Below, in pieces: positions 24,201 through 37,665 of a stretch of DNA of 64,000 nt (position 1 is the first letter of the stretch; every line of letters starts with the position of its first letter). The notes beneath the pieces are model-generated. The model was not told where the DNA came from. It searched no databases and saw only the letters and a program-made list of their open reading frames with translations. Both the position numbers and the translations under genes were made by a program. The stretch is from Candidatus Eiseniibacteriota bacterium (lineage in GTDB: Bacteria; Eisenbacteria; RBG-16-71-46): contig CAVUWA010000005.1 of the NCBI GenBank assembly GCA_963744995.1, positions 288,001-352,000 of the forward strand, given 5' to 3'.

Positions 24201-27200
24201 CCGTTTCCACGTAGCCGCTCTCGTACCCGCCGCTGGTGAACGAGGTGACCCAGTACTCGTAGGTTCGACCCGGCTCGACGTCACCGTCGTCGTAGCTCTG
24301 CACGTCGGGCCCGGTCGTCCCGATCAGGTCGCCGTCGCGATAGACCTTGAAGCCGTCCTCGGTCACCGAGTTGTCGGTCCAGCGCACCTGGATCTTGTTG
24401 GCGTAGGCGGCGTCGGAGCCGGTGATGCCGGTGGGCAGCGCCGGAAGCTTCTCGACCCAGAGCTTGCCATTGACGTTGGCGAGAGGCGTCAGGAGGTTCC
24501 CCGAGATCGGTCCGCCGATCATGAGGTCGTCGTCGTCGAGGTCGATGTCATAGCCGAGGTGATTCCCGGTGAAGATCTCCGAAGTGGGAGGACGGATGTC
24601 GGCCACCTGCACCCAGGAGCCGCCCACCTTCGAGAACACAAGCGTGGCCTGCGGCGACGTACTCGGCTGAGTGCCGAGCACGACGAGCCCGTTCTTCACG
24701 GCGACGTCGCCAAAATTGTAGGGATCTCCAGAGATTCGAAGCGTGGCGGTCCGCCCCCAGCTGGATGCGGTGTCCTTCCTCTCCCAGACCTCGGCGCTCC
24801 ACGCCTGCATCACCACGATGGTGTTTCCACTGACGGCCACCGCATCCTGCCCAATGGCCGGATTGAGGATCTGCGTCGGCGTGCTGCCCCACAGCCCGGA
24901 AACCGCATTTCGCTCGAAGACGTAGAGCAGGTCGTCGCCGGCGACCACCGCCACGTTTCCGTCGATGGCCATGCGATGTTGTCCCACCGCGTTGGGGTCC
25001 CACCCAGCGCCGCCGCTGAACGCATGGGTCAGCCCGAACGTGCCATCCCCGTTGCCTGGAGAGAGCAGGATCCTGCCGGCCTGCCACTTGCCGGTGGCAG
25101 GGACGCGATCGAACAGATAGACGCTGGCGGTCTTCCCGGCCTTGGCCGCCCCACCGGCCGTACCGACGAGGATGGTCCGACCGCTCATCTCCACCTCGGC
25201 GCCGAACTCGCTCTCGGTGCTGCCGCCGACGCCCTCCAGTGTGTCCAGCAGAATCCAGCTGCCGCTGGACGAGCCGTACACGAAGGCGCGCCCGTAGAAG
25301 CCCGAGGCCTGCGCCGAATTGTCGCCGACGACCGCGTACTGGTCGTCATCGTTCATCGCCACCGACATGCCGAATCCGGCGAACCACGGCGGCGAGTCCC
25401 CCGCCGGGCCGGGCGAGCCGTTCGTGTTCGGGCTCGAGGGCGGATAGAGCGGATCCCCCGAGCGCTTCCAGGTGCCGTTCACCCGCTCGAACGGGAACAC
25501 GGCGCCGGCGTTGCCGTTGTTGGTGTTCGGGTCGGTGGGCGTGGTCGCGTAGGGGTCGCTGACCAGCGCGCGCGTCTTGCCCATCGACACCGCCCAGCCG
25601 AACGTCGAGCTCGCGCTGACGGCCGGGATGATCGTGCCTGCACCTTCGATGGCTCCGCCCATGGTCACGCCGCCGACGGCCACCGTGCCCGTCCCGCCGA
25701 GCGCGCCCTGGTCGCACACCTGCGCGGAGACGTCGGTCGCGCAGATCGCCTCGACGCAGTAGGTGGGCGTCAACGAGCCGCTGACATTCGTGTCCGTCCA
25801 CGTCGTGGTGTCCGCCAGCGTCGTGTGCACCAGCGCACCGTCGCGATAGATCTTGTAGCCGGTCTCGATCTGGGAGCGGTCCACCCAGCTGACCACGAAC
25901 TGCCCGGAATACGCGTCCGAGACGCTGACCGAGGCGGGCGCCATGATCCGCGTGAAGCCCTCGGCCGAGCCGGCACGCGATGCGCCGTACACGTCGAAGG
26001 CTACGACGTAGTAGGTGTAGTGCGTGCCGAGCACCAGCGGCTGCTTCGAGCCGTCGTCTTCGTAGGCGAGCGTGTTGGCGCCGAGCGAGTCGACGCGCAC
26101 CGAGTCCGCGACGTCGCCGGTGATGCGGCGGTAGACGTAGTAGCCGTCCTCGTAGCGCGACTTGTCGGACCAGGTGATCCGGATGCGGGCCTCATAGTCG
26201 CCCTGCGAGGCGGTGACGTCCTGCGGCTGCTCGAGCGAGCGGCGGCCATAGTCCGTGCGGGCCGCGGATGCGCCCAGCGCGTCGAATGCGCTGACCGAGT
26301 AGGCGTAGGTCACCCCCGGCGCGCCGGTCACGTCCACGTAGGTCGTGCGGTTCTCGGCCGCCGTGCCGATCGCCACGGAGTCGGTGGATGCGCCGGCGAC
26401 CTTGCGCCACACGCGGTAACCGGCCTCGATCTTCGACGCGTCGGTCCATGTGACGATCACCTGGTTCTCGTAGTCGTCGTCCGTCGCCTTGACCGAGCCG
26501 GGCGGCTGGATGGCGCGCGCGCCGCTGTCGGGGGCGAAGCTCTGCTCCGACTCGATGCCCGCCGCGGTGACGGCCGTGACGGAATAGGCATGGTGCGCGG
26601 TGTCCACGTCGTCGTCCGTCGCGCTCTTCTGATAGCCCGGCACCGTGCGGATCGGATCGCCGTCCCGGTAGAGCGTGAACAGCACCGCGGTCGTCGAGAT
26701 GCTCGACCACGTGACCTCGACGTGGTCCTCGAACTCGCCGTCCGAGGCCGCGACCTGCGACGGCGCCACCACAAGGCTGCGGAAACCGCTGTCGGCGACC
26801 GCGGCCGAGGTGCCGCCCGCGTAGCCGAGGGTCGTGTCCTCGAGCGCGGCGGCCACCACCTCATAGCCCTGCCTCAGGCCCGGCGTGGCGGTGCGGTCGG
26901 AGAACGTCACGACGTCGCGGCCGAGCACGGCCAGCAGCTCGCCGCCGCGATAGATCAGGAACTCGTCCTCGTGCGCCGTGTCGCGCCAGCTCAGATCCAC
27001 GCGATCATCGAAGGTGCTATCGGTGGCCGTGAACGTCAGCGGCGCGGCCATCGACTGCAGCCCGCCGATCCCCTGGTCGCAGACCTGGTCGGAGAGCATG
27101 CCAGCCGTGGAGTCCTTCACGGTCTGCACGCAGTAGGTGTGCGTGGCGTTCAGCAGCTGGGTGTCCCTGTAGCGCGTCGAATCCGGCGGCACGAAACCGA

Positions 27201-30200
27201 TCTTGGTGCCGTCCCGGTAGATCCAGAAGCCCTGCTCGTCGGTGGTCCGGTCGACCCAGTTGATGACGACGGCGGTCGAGTCCTGGCCGTCGCTGGCGAT
27301 CACGTCGCCGGGCGGCAGGATCGTCGCGCGCCGGCCGCCGGTGCAGAACTGGGCGGTCCACACGCGGGTCGTGTCGCCGGCGTCCGGCGCGTCGACGAAG
27401 CCGCGCAAACAGTAGGTGTAGTCCACTCCGGGGATGGCGGCCTGATCCTTGTAGCTCGACACGTTCGGCGCGAGCGTCGCCGTCAGCCCGCCGCCCGCGA
27501 CGACGATGCGCATCTCGTCCCTGACGGGGGTGTGCAGGGTGAACGTGAGCGTCAGCCGGTCCGCCGACAGGGCGAACGCGTCCCCCGACGCGGTCCCGCG
27601 GTTGGCCAATCCGGACGTCGGGTACGTGGTCGTGGGCGATCCCAGCAGTGCGTCGCTGTTGTCCAGCGCGGCGTCGGTGAAGATCAGCCCGAGGATCGGC
27701 GTGTCGAAGGTCACCATCCCCGAATACGTGGTATTGGTGGCACCGGCCACACGATCGGAGTGCAGCATGTAGGACGTCACCACGGTGCCCGCAGGCACCG
27801 AGCCGGGCGTGCCGGCGTCGCCGGCGAAAATGCCCGTCGCCACGTTGTCGACTGCGAGGTCGGAAGCCAGCGCCGTGTCGAGGCGCTCGCGGAACAGATA
27901 GGCGACGGTGCTGTCCTCGAGCGCGTCGGGCGCGATCGAAGGCGGCGCCGGGATCGTGTCCACCGCGCCGGACGCCGTGAAGACGGACGGCGTGCGGGTG
28001 AGCTCATAGCCGCTCTCGATGTAGGAGTTGTCGAGCCACTGCACCGTGACGCGGTCCGACTGCGTCCCGACCGACGCCTGGAAGTCCGTCGGCGCGAAGA
28101 ACGTCTTCGAGCCCTGGTCGGCCGCGGTGGCGACGAGTGTGCGCGACGGCAGCTGGTACTTCTCGATCGTGTAGGTGTACTGGACGTCCGGTACCGCGGT
28201 GTCATCGCTGTAGGTCGAATCACCGGCCGAGACGTACGAGAGCAGCACGGGCGGCGTCGCGTCGTTCGGATCGTCGTCGCGGCGCAGGACGAAGTAGTAG
28301 TTGGCGTTCTCCGCGGCCGTCCAGCTCAGCTCCACGCGGTTCTCGAACTCGCCGTCCGAGGCGTCCAACCGCATCTCGTTGACGTTCAGGTACTGGTCCG
28401 CGGCCACGTTGGCGAGGCGCTGCCTCGTGCCGGAGGGCCACTGGATCCAGATCGAGTCCACGACGGCCGCGCTGCCGAGACCGAACATCGCCTCGAGCGC
28501 GTCCTGGGACTGGTAGCCGCTGCCCGCCTCGATCTCGCGCATCTGCGTCGTGGCGCCGGTGTAGACCCGGACGCGCGCCCCCACCGCGGAGCGATTGGAC
28601 GCCGTGCCCTGCAAGGTCAGCACCAGCCAGTGAGGGTGCCCGATCGGAGTGTTCCGGAGCAGCGTGTTCGCACCATTTCGGGCGGAATAGACGTCGGGAG
28701 CACCGTCGCGATCGGCATCTCCGATCGTCGTGCCATAGGACACTCCGACGCCGGTGGCGATCGTTTCGGCGGCGAAGCCGCCGGGGAGATTCACGAAGAC
28801 CTGGGTCCCCCCGGTCCCCTCCGAAACGAGGTCCAGACGGCCGTCGAGGTTCACATCGACCCAGTTGATGGCGCCATAACTCACCGCCTGTGAGGGCGGC
28901 AGGAATGCCGACACGTCGGTGAACCCGGCGCCGACCCCGTTGTCGTTCCTGTACAGCTGGACCGGACCCGCAGCCGTGGCGAGTGCGAGGTCGAGGTCGC
29001 CGTCGTTGTCGTAATCGCCCCACGCCACCCCGCGGGCGAGGCCGGCGTCCTGAATGACCGCGATACTCGCATCGTGAAATGCACCCCCGCCGTCGTTGAC
29101 CACGAGCCGGTTCGGGAAGTTGTCGCGGCCCAGATAGAGATCCATGTCGCCGTCGTTGTCGAAGTCGGCCCAGGCCGCCGCCTCCACGTTCCACACGGTC
29201 GCCGGAATCGCGCTCGATACGTCCGCAAACGGCTCGTCCGGTCCGTCGTTGCGGAACAGGAAGTTTCCGTTGTAGCCCACCACTGACAGATCAAGGTCGC
29301 CGTCATTGTCGAAGTCGACCCAGTAGGCGCCCTTGCTGCTGGCTATGACGCCGACGACGGGATTCTTTGCGGTCAGGTCGGTGAAGACACCGTTGCCGTC
29401 GTTGCGGAACAGCTTGTTCGGCACGGGGGGGTAATTGGCCAGGTAGAGGTCCGGGTCTCCGTCGTTGTCGTAGTCGCCCCACGCGGCCGTGCGCGCCGCG
29501 GCCGCGGCGTCCTGGATGCCCGCAGGCGTCACGTCCGTGAAGGCGAAGTTGCCGTCGTTGCGCATGAGCCGGTTCGGCTGGGAATCGTTCCCGAAGAAGA
29601 GGTCGAGGTCGCCATCGCCGTCGTAGTCCACCCACACAGCGCCATTGCTGACGGCGTTGTCGGCCAGCGTGCCTGTCGCCACGTTCGTCATCTGGACCCG
29701 AGGCTCGACGATCTCCACCTTCTGGTTCACCGTCGGGCCGGGGGCGACCACCCGGCGGACACCGGACGGCCATTCAACAATGACCGAGTCCACCGTCGTC
29801 GCCGCGCCGAGACCGAATTGCGCGGTCAGCGACGTCTGGCACTTGCCCGCCGCCGGAGCGATCTCACGGATGCGGCTGACACCGCCTGCCACGACGCGAA
29901 TCCTCGCTCCGATCGAGGCGGCGTTCGACAGCGTGCCGACCAGCCGGACCTCCAGCCAGTGGTTCCCCGTCGCCTGGTCGTTGCGGAGCATCTGGTTGGC
30001 CTGGTTGTAGTTGACGACGTAGATGTCCTGGTCACCGTCGCCGTCGTAGTCACCGCTCACCGCTGAGAGGCCGGGGGTACCCATCGGCGCGCTCGAGTCG
30101 TTCACGAACGTCCCGCCGCCGTCGTTGCGGAACAGGATGTTGTACGAGCTGGTGACAACGAACAGGTCGAGATCGCCGTCGTTGTCGTAGTCGCCCCACA

Positions 30201-31139
30201 GGGCACCGCGCCTGCCCGTCCCGGTGGTCGCAAGGACAGCTGGCGTGACGTCGCTGAAGACGCCGTTGCCGTCGTTGTGAAGCAGTCTGTTGGAGTTACC
30301 CAGGTTGACGATGAACAGGTCGAGCCGACCATCGTTGTCGTAGTCGCCGACCGCGACGCCCTGGCCCTGGCCGGCCGCGTCCGCGAGCGGCCCGTAGGTC
30401 ACGTCGGTGAAGTTGCCGCCGCCGTCGTTGCGGAGCAGGCGGTTGGTCCCGCCGTAGTTGACGATGTAGAGGTCCAGGTCACCGTCGTTGTCGTAGTCGA
30501 ACCACGCATGCTCGAGGCCGTAGCCGGCGTCCGCCAGCGGGCCCGTCGTGATCGGCGTGTACGTCCCGCCGCCGTCGTTCCGGTACATGGCGTTGGCTCC
30601 GTTGCGGAGCACGTACAGATCGAGGTCCCCGTCGTTGTCGTAGTCCACCCAGCTCACGCTCGACCCGTACACGGCGGCGAGTCCGGAAGGCGTCGAGGTG
30701 GCAAACGTGCCGAGGCCGTCGTTGAGAAACCGGCCGACTCCCCCCCGTTGAGCAGGAGCAGATCGAGCGCGCCATTCTGATCGTCGTCGCCCCAGGAGAC
30801 CGCCAGGCCGTTTCCGCTGTCGTCCAGTGGGGCCACCGAGTTGTCGACGAAGGTGCCCCCCACGTTGGTCAGGAGCTTGTTCGGCCAGCCGTTCGTATTG
30901 ACCAGGTAGAGGTCGATGTCTCCGTCCCCGTCGAAGTCGTCCCACGCGGCGGATGTTCCCGGCCCGGCATCAGCGAGCACGCCGATCGTCGCGTCCGTGA
31001 ATTGCGCGCGGGCCGGGCCGGCCACCAGCGCAGAAAACGCCAGAACGGCCGCCAGAACGGCAACTGGAGAGGCGGGTCGGAAGCGGAGGTCGGGGGACGC
31101 GGCGGACGGTGCGGCACGGCGAAGGCAATGCGCGGCCAT
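18211..31139 (-). CDS. Giant (~4300 aa) secreted mosaic protein: 2x FG-GAP/ASPIC-UnbV modules, Fn3-like repeats, integrin-like propeller, LamG, Ig-like domains, T9SS-type sorting domain; one frameshift at the G7 run 30740-30746
   Basis: ORF 30654..31139 supplies the signal peptide and first DFDGDGDID repeats; adding one G at the G7 run joins it to ORF 18211..30945. Many (Y/F)DNDGDLD repeats; HWLEVRLVG..SNAASIGARI twice; FFGGRLDEVRIW; C-terminal NFPNPF...GVYFYRLEAG. Confidence 0.85.
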
Positions 31140-31240
31140 TGCGGCTCCTGGGGAGAAAGGGAAGCGACCGGCCTGGAGACGGCTCGTTCGAAGAGCGATT
31201 GGGTTTTATGTGCAGGGAAATGCAAAAACGGGGTCGCGGG

Positions 31241-31330
31241 ATTGTAAAGATGTGAATGGATCTTGAAAAGCACTTTTCTCATCGCCCGAGCGCTTTTCAC
31301 ATCGCCGTCTTCACATTGGAACCATCACAC
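31241..31330 (-). promoter_or_regulatory. AT-rich putative promoter/operator region of the giant-protein operon
   Basis: Minus strand TTTTCA-17nt-TACAAT (31269..31241); palindrome GAAAAG-CA-CTTTTC (31265-31278); TCACA at 31297, 31311, 31325. Confidence 0.5.
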
Positions 31331-31474
31331 GATGCTCGTGACGCAGCAATGCCTGCTCATCGCGCAAAAATTTCCGATGCAACGACTCGCCGGCCCGCTT
31401 CCCGGACGAGGAATCGAAGCACGGCGCTCATGCGTCCGCCGTGCACAGTCTTTCCACTGCCATCCAACAGAAGA

Positions 31475-31497
31475 GGCCCGGCGTCGAACGCCGGGCC
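31475..31497 (-). terminator. Probable intrinsic terminator of the DinB gene
   Basis: Minus strand GGCCCGGCGT-TCG-ACGCCGGGCC followed by TCTTCTGTT, 30 nt after the stop. Confidence 0.65.
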
Positions 31498-31526
31498 CCC
31501 TTCGTTCGGACCGAAGCTGCGCCCGC

Positions 31527-32135
31527 TCAATGCTCCTCTTTCGCCTCGCCTTCCTTCTTCTTCGCCGCGGCCGCGGCATTCGCGCGCGCCGTCCACGGCG
31601 GCACGATGCCGTTCGAGCGCGCGTAGGCGATCGACTGGCCCAGGTGCTCGTGCACATGCGAGAGCAACAGCATGTAGCCGCTGCGCACCGTCATGTCCAT
31701 CCCGAAGACCTTGACGTTCTTCTCGAGCGTGGCCTCGTCCGCGTCCTCGAGCGACTTCTTCATGTGGGCGAAGGAGGCCTTGAGCGCAGCCTCGATGTCC
31801 TCCTTCTTCGACATCGACTGCTCGTAGCCGTCGAACTTGAAGCCCTCGGGCGGCGTGACGCCCCAGTACGACGGAATGCCGAAGTTCGCCGCCGCGACGT
31901 GCAGGAACACCTCGCCCGTCGAGCGCACTTCCTTGTTCGGCCGCCAGGTGTACTTGGCCTGCGGCGTGGCGTCCGCCAACTCGAGCAGCTTGTCCTCGGC
32001 GTCGCCGATCCACCGGAGCATCTCGCTCTTGACCGTCGACGGCTGCATATCGTCGGCGTGCGCGACAGGCAGGGCGCACGTGCCCGCGAGCATCAGCGCG
32101 GCGAGCGTGGACCCGATCACATGGCGCAGGGACAT
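31527..32135 (-). CDS. Exported DinB family protein
   Basis: Signal peptide; WRPNKEVRSTGEVFLHVA; HVHEHLGQSIAYARSNGIVPPW; GGAGGAGG RBS. Confidence 0.87.
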   Translation of the reverse strand: MSLRHVIGSTLAALMLAGTCALPVAHADDMQPSTVKSEMLRWIGDAEDKLLELADATPQAKYTWRPNKEVRSTGEVFLHVAAANFGIPSYWGVTPPEGFKFDGYEQSMSKKEDIEAALKASFAHMKKSLEDADEATLEKNVKVFGMDMTVRSGYMLLLSHVHEHLGQSIAYARSNGIVPPWTARANAAAAAKKKEGEAKEEH

Positions 32136-32300
32136 GGGACCTCCTCCATGGGTTGGATGGCCGCCGCTCGCGCCGAGCCCGGCTCGGGGGGCCGCCCGTG
32201 AAGGCGGCATCCTACCCGCCGCGCGGCCGTGCGGCCAGAGGCACGGGACGGCCGCCGTTCGGATCCGGCGCCGTCCCGTCGCTTTGCACGCCGTGGAAGA

Positions 32301-33665
32301 CTAGGCTCCCGCGGCGAACGCCTTCATCATCCGCACCACGTGGCGCGCGTGCTTGAGGTAGAGGTCGATGCGCACGTTCTCGTCGGGCGCGTGCGCGCGC
32401 GTGTCCGGATGCCCGAGCCCGGCGCAGGCGATCGGCACGCCCAGCTCGTGGATGAACGCGTGGTTCGGACCCGAGCCGCCGATCATCGGCACGATCTGCA
32501 TGGGCATGCCGAACACGTCGCGCGCCGTCTCCGCCACCATCGCGATAAACGGATCGTCGGGGTCGGTGCGGCCGGCGGGCTCGCCGCCGAACAGCTCGAT
32601 CTCGACGTCCTCGAAGCCCTGCGCGTCGAGGTGCGCGCGCAGCCCCTTCACCACCTTCTCGGGGGTCTGGTCCGGCACCAGCCGGAAGTCCACCTTGGCC
32701 GAGGCCAGCGCGGGCAGCACGGTCTTGGAGCCCGCCCCCTGGTAGCCCGAGGTGAGGCCGCAGATCGTGCAGGTCGGCACGAACACCTCCTGCTCGTGCA
32801 GCGCGACGCCGCCCTCGACCCCGCGCAGGAACGACTTCACGCCGTAGCGCTCGCGGTATTCGGCGGCGTGGTCGGGGAGCGCCGCCATCAGCTCGCGGTC
32901 GCGCGCCGTCGGCGGCTTCACGTCGTCGTAGTGGCCCGGAATCAGGATCTTCTCGTCGCGGTCCTTGAGCGTCGAGAGCGCCCACACCAGCCGCCACGCC
33001 GCATTGGCGATGATCGAGCCGCCGAGCCCCGAGTGAATGTCGATCTTCGCCGTCCGTACCGACAGCTGCACGTAGCAGATGCCGCGCAGGCCGGTGAACA
33101 GCTGCGGCACGTCGCGATGATCCACCGAGCCGAACTCCCACAGGCAGGCGTCGGCCTTGAGGCGCTCGCGCTGGGCGTGGACGAAATCGGCGAGGTGCAC
33201 GCTGCCGATCTCCTCTTCGCCCTCGACCACCCACTTCACCCGGCACGGCAGCTCGCCGTCGGCGTCGAGCAGCGCGTCGATGGCGTGCAGTCGCGAGACA
33301 AAGTGGCCCTTGTCGTCGCTCACTCCACGGCCGAACAGCCTGCCGTCGCGGCGCTCCGGGGCGAACGGCGGGCTGGTCCACAGGTCGAGCGGCTCGGCCG
33401 GCTGGACGTCATAGTGGTTGTAGATCAGCAGGGTCCTGTCCCCGGCGCCATCGCGTTCGGCGACGACGGCCGGCGCGCCGCCGGTCGGCAGGATCTCGAC
33501 GCGGAAACCGCGCCGCTCGAGCATGGCCGCGACCCGCTTCGCGCAGTCCTCCATGCCGAGGTTCTGCGCGGCCACGCTCGGCTGCGCGACGAGCGCCGAA
33601 AGCTCGTCGAGGCTCGCGTCGAGACGGCTTTCGAGGAAGCGATCACAGCGGGCGAAGTCGGTCAT
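32301..33665 (-). CDS. M20/M25/M40 family metallo-hydrolase (dipeptidase-like)
   Basis: YNHYDVQP, GRGVSDDKG, EGEEEIGS, DIHSG, AHAPDEN; ATG 33665 with GGAGG RBS. Confidence 0.92.
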   Translation of the reverse strand: MTDFARCDRFLESRLDASLDELSALVAQPSVAAQNLGMEDCAKRVAAMLERRGFRVEILPTGGAPAVVAERDGAGDRTLLIYNHYDVQPAEPLDLWTSPPFAPERRDGRLFGRGVSDDKGHFVSRLHAIDALLDADGELPCRVKWVVEGEEEIGSVHLADFVHAQRERLKADACLWEFGSVDHRDVPQLFTGLRGICYVQLSVRTAKIDIHSGLGGSIIANAAWRLVWALSTLKDRDEKILIPGHYDDVKPPTARDRELMAALPDHAAEYRERYGVKSFLRGVEGGVALHEQEVFVPTCTICGLTSGYQGAGSKTVLPALASAKVDFRLVPDQTPEKVVKGLRAHLDAQGFEDVEIELFGGEPAGRTDPDDPFIAMVAETARDVFGMPMQIVPMIGGSGPNHAFIHELGVPIACAGLGHPDTRAHAPDENVRIDLYLKHARHVVRMMKAFAAGA

Positions 33666-33853
33666 CCTGTTCCTCCGGTGAGCGTAGGTCCGGGTGCGGC
33701 GCCCGGCACGGATTGTCGACGGGACGGGCCCGGCGCGGGGCCCCGCGCCGGCGAGATCAATCCTCGCATTGCGGCCCCCGGGTCTGTAGTCTAGTCGCCG
33801 TTCCGGCCGACCACGATCGCATCGAGCGCCGACGCGCGCGGAGGTATGAAGAT

Positions 33854-35857
<2,004 letters not shown>

Positions 35858-36093
35858 GCTGCCGCGGACCGGCTTTCGCAGACGCCGGGCGCCGCGGCGC
35901 GCGGACCGCGTCGAGGTGCCCGAAAAGAGGGCCCGGAGATGCGGGGCGCCGAAGCATTGCGCCGGGCGAACCGCGCCCGAGCTCCAGTCGCCGGCCGGGG
36001 TGCGCTCGTCAGCGCAACGCGGGAGTCGCACCGGATGGACCGCAGGCGGCCGCTCTTCTATGCTGCCCGGGTCCCGAGCGCACGGAGGTGCCC

Positions 36094-36900
36094 ATGCCCG
36101 CAGGAATCCGACCCGCCGCCCAGCAGCGTTCGCTGGCGGTGTTCATCGACTTCGAGAACATCGCGCTCGGCCTGCGCGACGGTAAAGCGCCCTTCAACGT
36201 CGGGCGTGTGCTGGACCGCCTGCTCGAAAAGGGCAAGGTGATCGCCAAGATCGCCTATGCGGACTGGAATCGGTTCCGCGACTACACGCGCGATCTGCAC
36301 GAGAACGGCATCGAACTGATCGAGATCCCGCGCCGGGCCCAGACCGGTAAGAACTCCGCCGACATCCGCCTGGTGGTGGACGCGATGGACCTCAGCTGGA
36401 GCAAGGAGCACATCGACACGTTCGTGATCGTCTCCGGCGACAGCGACTTCTCGCCGCTGGTCGCGAAGCTCAAGGAGAACGGGCGGCACGTGATCGGCCT
36501 CGGGATGAAGGCTTCGACTTCGCCGCTGCTCGCCAACGGCTGCGACGAGTTCATCTACTACGAGGACCTCGAGAAGGGCGAGCCGCCGCGCGCGGCCGAC
36601 CAGAAGCCGCCGCAGGGCAAGGACGACGCTTTCCGGCTGCTGGTCGAGACGGTGCGTGCGCTCGAACGCGAGAACTTCGAGGTCATCCAGGCGTCGCTGG
36701 TCAAGGACACGATGAAGCGCAAGCGGCCGGCGTTCAGCGAAGCGGCGCTCGGCTACGGCAGCTTCAGCGACATGCTCGAAGACGCGCAGGAAGCCGGCAA
36801 GGTGACGCTCACCGACGACGAGAAGAGCGGCACCTATCTGGTGCGCGCGGTGCAGCGCAGCGGTTCGCGCGGCCGGCGACGGAGTCGCGTGAAGAGCTGA
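36094..36900 (+). CDS. NYN domain (LabA/DUF88) protein with C-terminal OST-HTH/LOTUS domain
   Basis: FIDFENI, GKNSADIRLVVD, SGDSDFSPL, CDEFIYY; KRKRPAFSE..LGYGSFSDMLE. Confidence 0.9.
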   Translation: MPAGIRPAAQQRSLAVFIDFENIALGLRDGKAPFNVGRVLDRLLEKGKVIAKIAYADWNRFRDYTRDLHENGIELIEIPRRAQTGKNSADIRLVVDAMDLSWSKEHIDTFVIVSGDSDFSPLVAKLKENGRHVIGLGMKASTSPLLANGCDEFIYYEDLEKGEPPRAADQKPPQGKDDAFRLLVETVRALERENFEVIQASLVKDTMKRKRPAFSEAALGYGSFSDMLEDAQEAGKVTLTDDEKSGTYLVRAVQRSGSRGRRRSRVKS

Positions 36901-37152
36901 GCCGCTAGAAGGGCGCGGCCCCGGCGCCCGGCTCGTTCCGCCCTCGGGCGGGCGCCCCGGCAGGCGCGGCGCCGATCCGGCAACCCGTCACCGGCCGATT
37001 CGCGTGCCGCGCAGCGGGTTCGCGCTCCGCGCGCACGCCCGTTTCGCTGCGGCGGCCCTTGGTGTTAGCCTCATCGTCCGCCGCGGCGGATCGAGCCTCC
37101 CGAGCGCCGCCCCGCAGCAGCTTCGCGGCCCCGTTCCAGGAAATCGGCATCC

Positions 37153-37665
37153 ATGCGAGTGGTCCTCTTTCGACACGGCCCGGCCGCGGACCGCGATGCG
37201 GTGCGCTGGCCCGACGACGGGCTGCGCCCGCTGACGCATCCGGGCGAGAAGCGCACCCGCGCGGCCGCACGCGGGCTGGCGAAGCTCGAACCGGGCGCGG
37301 AACGCATCATCGCGAGCCCGCTGGTGCGCGCGCAGCAGACGGCTGCCCTGGTGGCTGCCGCATACGGCCTGGAGGCCTTCGAGACCAGCGACGCGCTGAG
37401 CCCGGGGGCGACCTACCGGCGCACGATCGGCTGGCTCGAGTCGTGCGAAAACGAGCAGGTCGTGGTGCTGGTCGGACACGAGCCGGATCTCGGCAAGCTT
37501 GCGGGCACGCTGCTGTTCGGCGCGCCGGCCTGGATTCCGCTCAAGAAGGCGGGCGCCTGTGCGATCGACCTCGCCGAAGTGCCGGAGCCGGGTGCCGGGC
37601 GCCTGGCCTGGTTCCTGCAACCCAAACATCTGCGCCGCTGGTCCACCGGAAAGGAGAAGGTATGA
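37153..37665 (+). CDS. sixA: SixA-like histidine phosphatase
   Basis: RHG, RPLT, SPLVRAQQTA, LVGHEPDL, LKKAG motifs. Confidence 0.85.
   Translation: MRVVLFRHGPAADRDAVRWPDDGLRPLTHPGEKRTRAAARGLAKLEPGAERIIASPLVRAQQTAALVAAAYGLEAFETSDALSPGATYRRTIGWLESCENEQVVVLVGHEPDLGKLAGTLLFGAPAWIPLKKAGACAIDLAEVPEPGAGRLAWFLQPKHLRRWSTGKEKV

Noticed and set aside
19906..28893. 2995-aa plus-strand ORF and other long antisense ORFs (e.g. 12473..15502, 49559..52699, 33791..36031)
   Set aside because: Shadow frames of high-GC3 genes on the opposite strand; Arg/Ala/Val-rich with no recognisable motifs.
28400..30950. Recurring GTCGTTGTCGTAGTC-type DNA repeats as a possible CRISPR or DGR array
   Set aside because: They encode the FG-GAP DYDNDGD protein repeats in frame, with degenerate third positions; no cas or reverse transcriptase gene nearby.
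36094..36900. NYN-LOTUS gene as a toxin or defence system
   Set aside because: Widespread stand-alone LabA/DUF88 type, with no antitoxin or defence neighbours.
37040..37090. GATGAG...GAAAC with flanking GCGGCGG/CCGCCGC on the minus strand, resembling a hammerhead or riboswitch
   Set aside because: Lacks the CUGAUGA core and proper stems; better explained as the extended -10 (TGTTAGCCT) of the sixA operon within GC-rich sequence.
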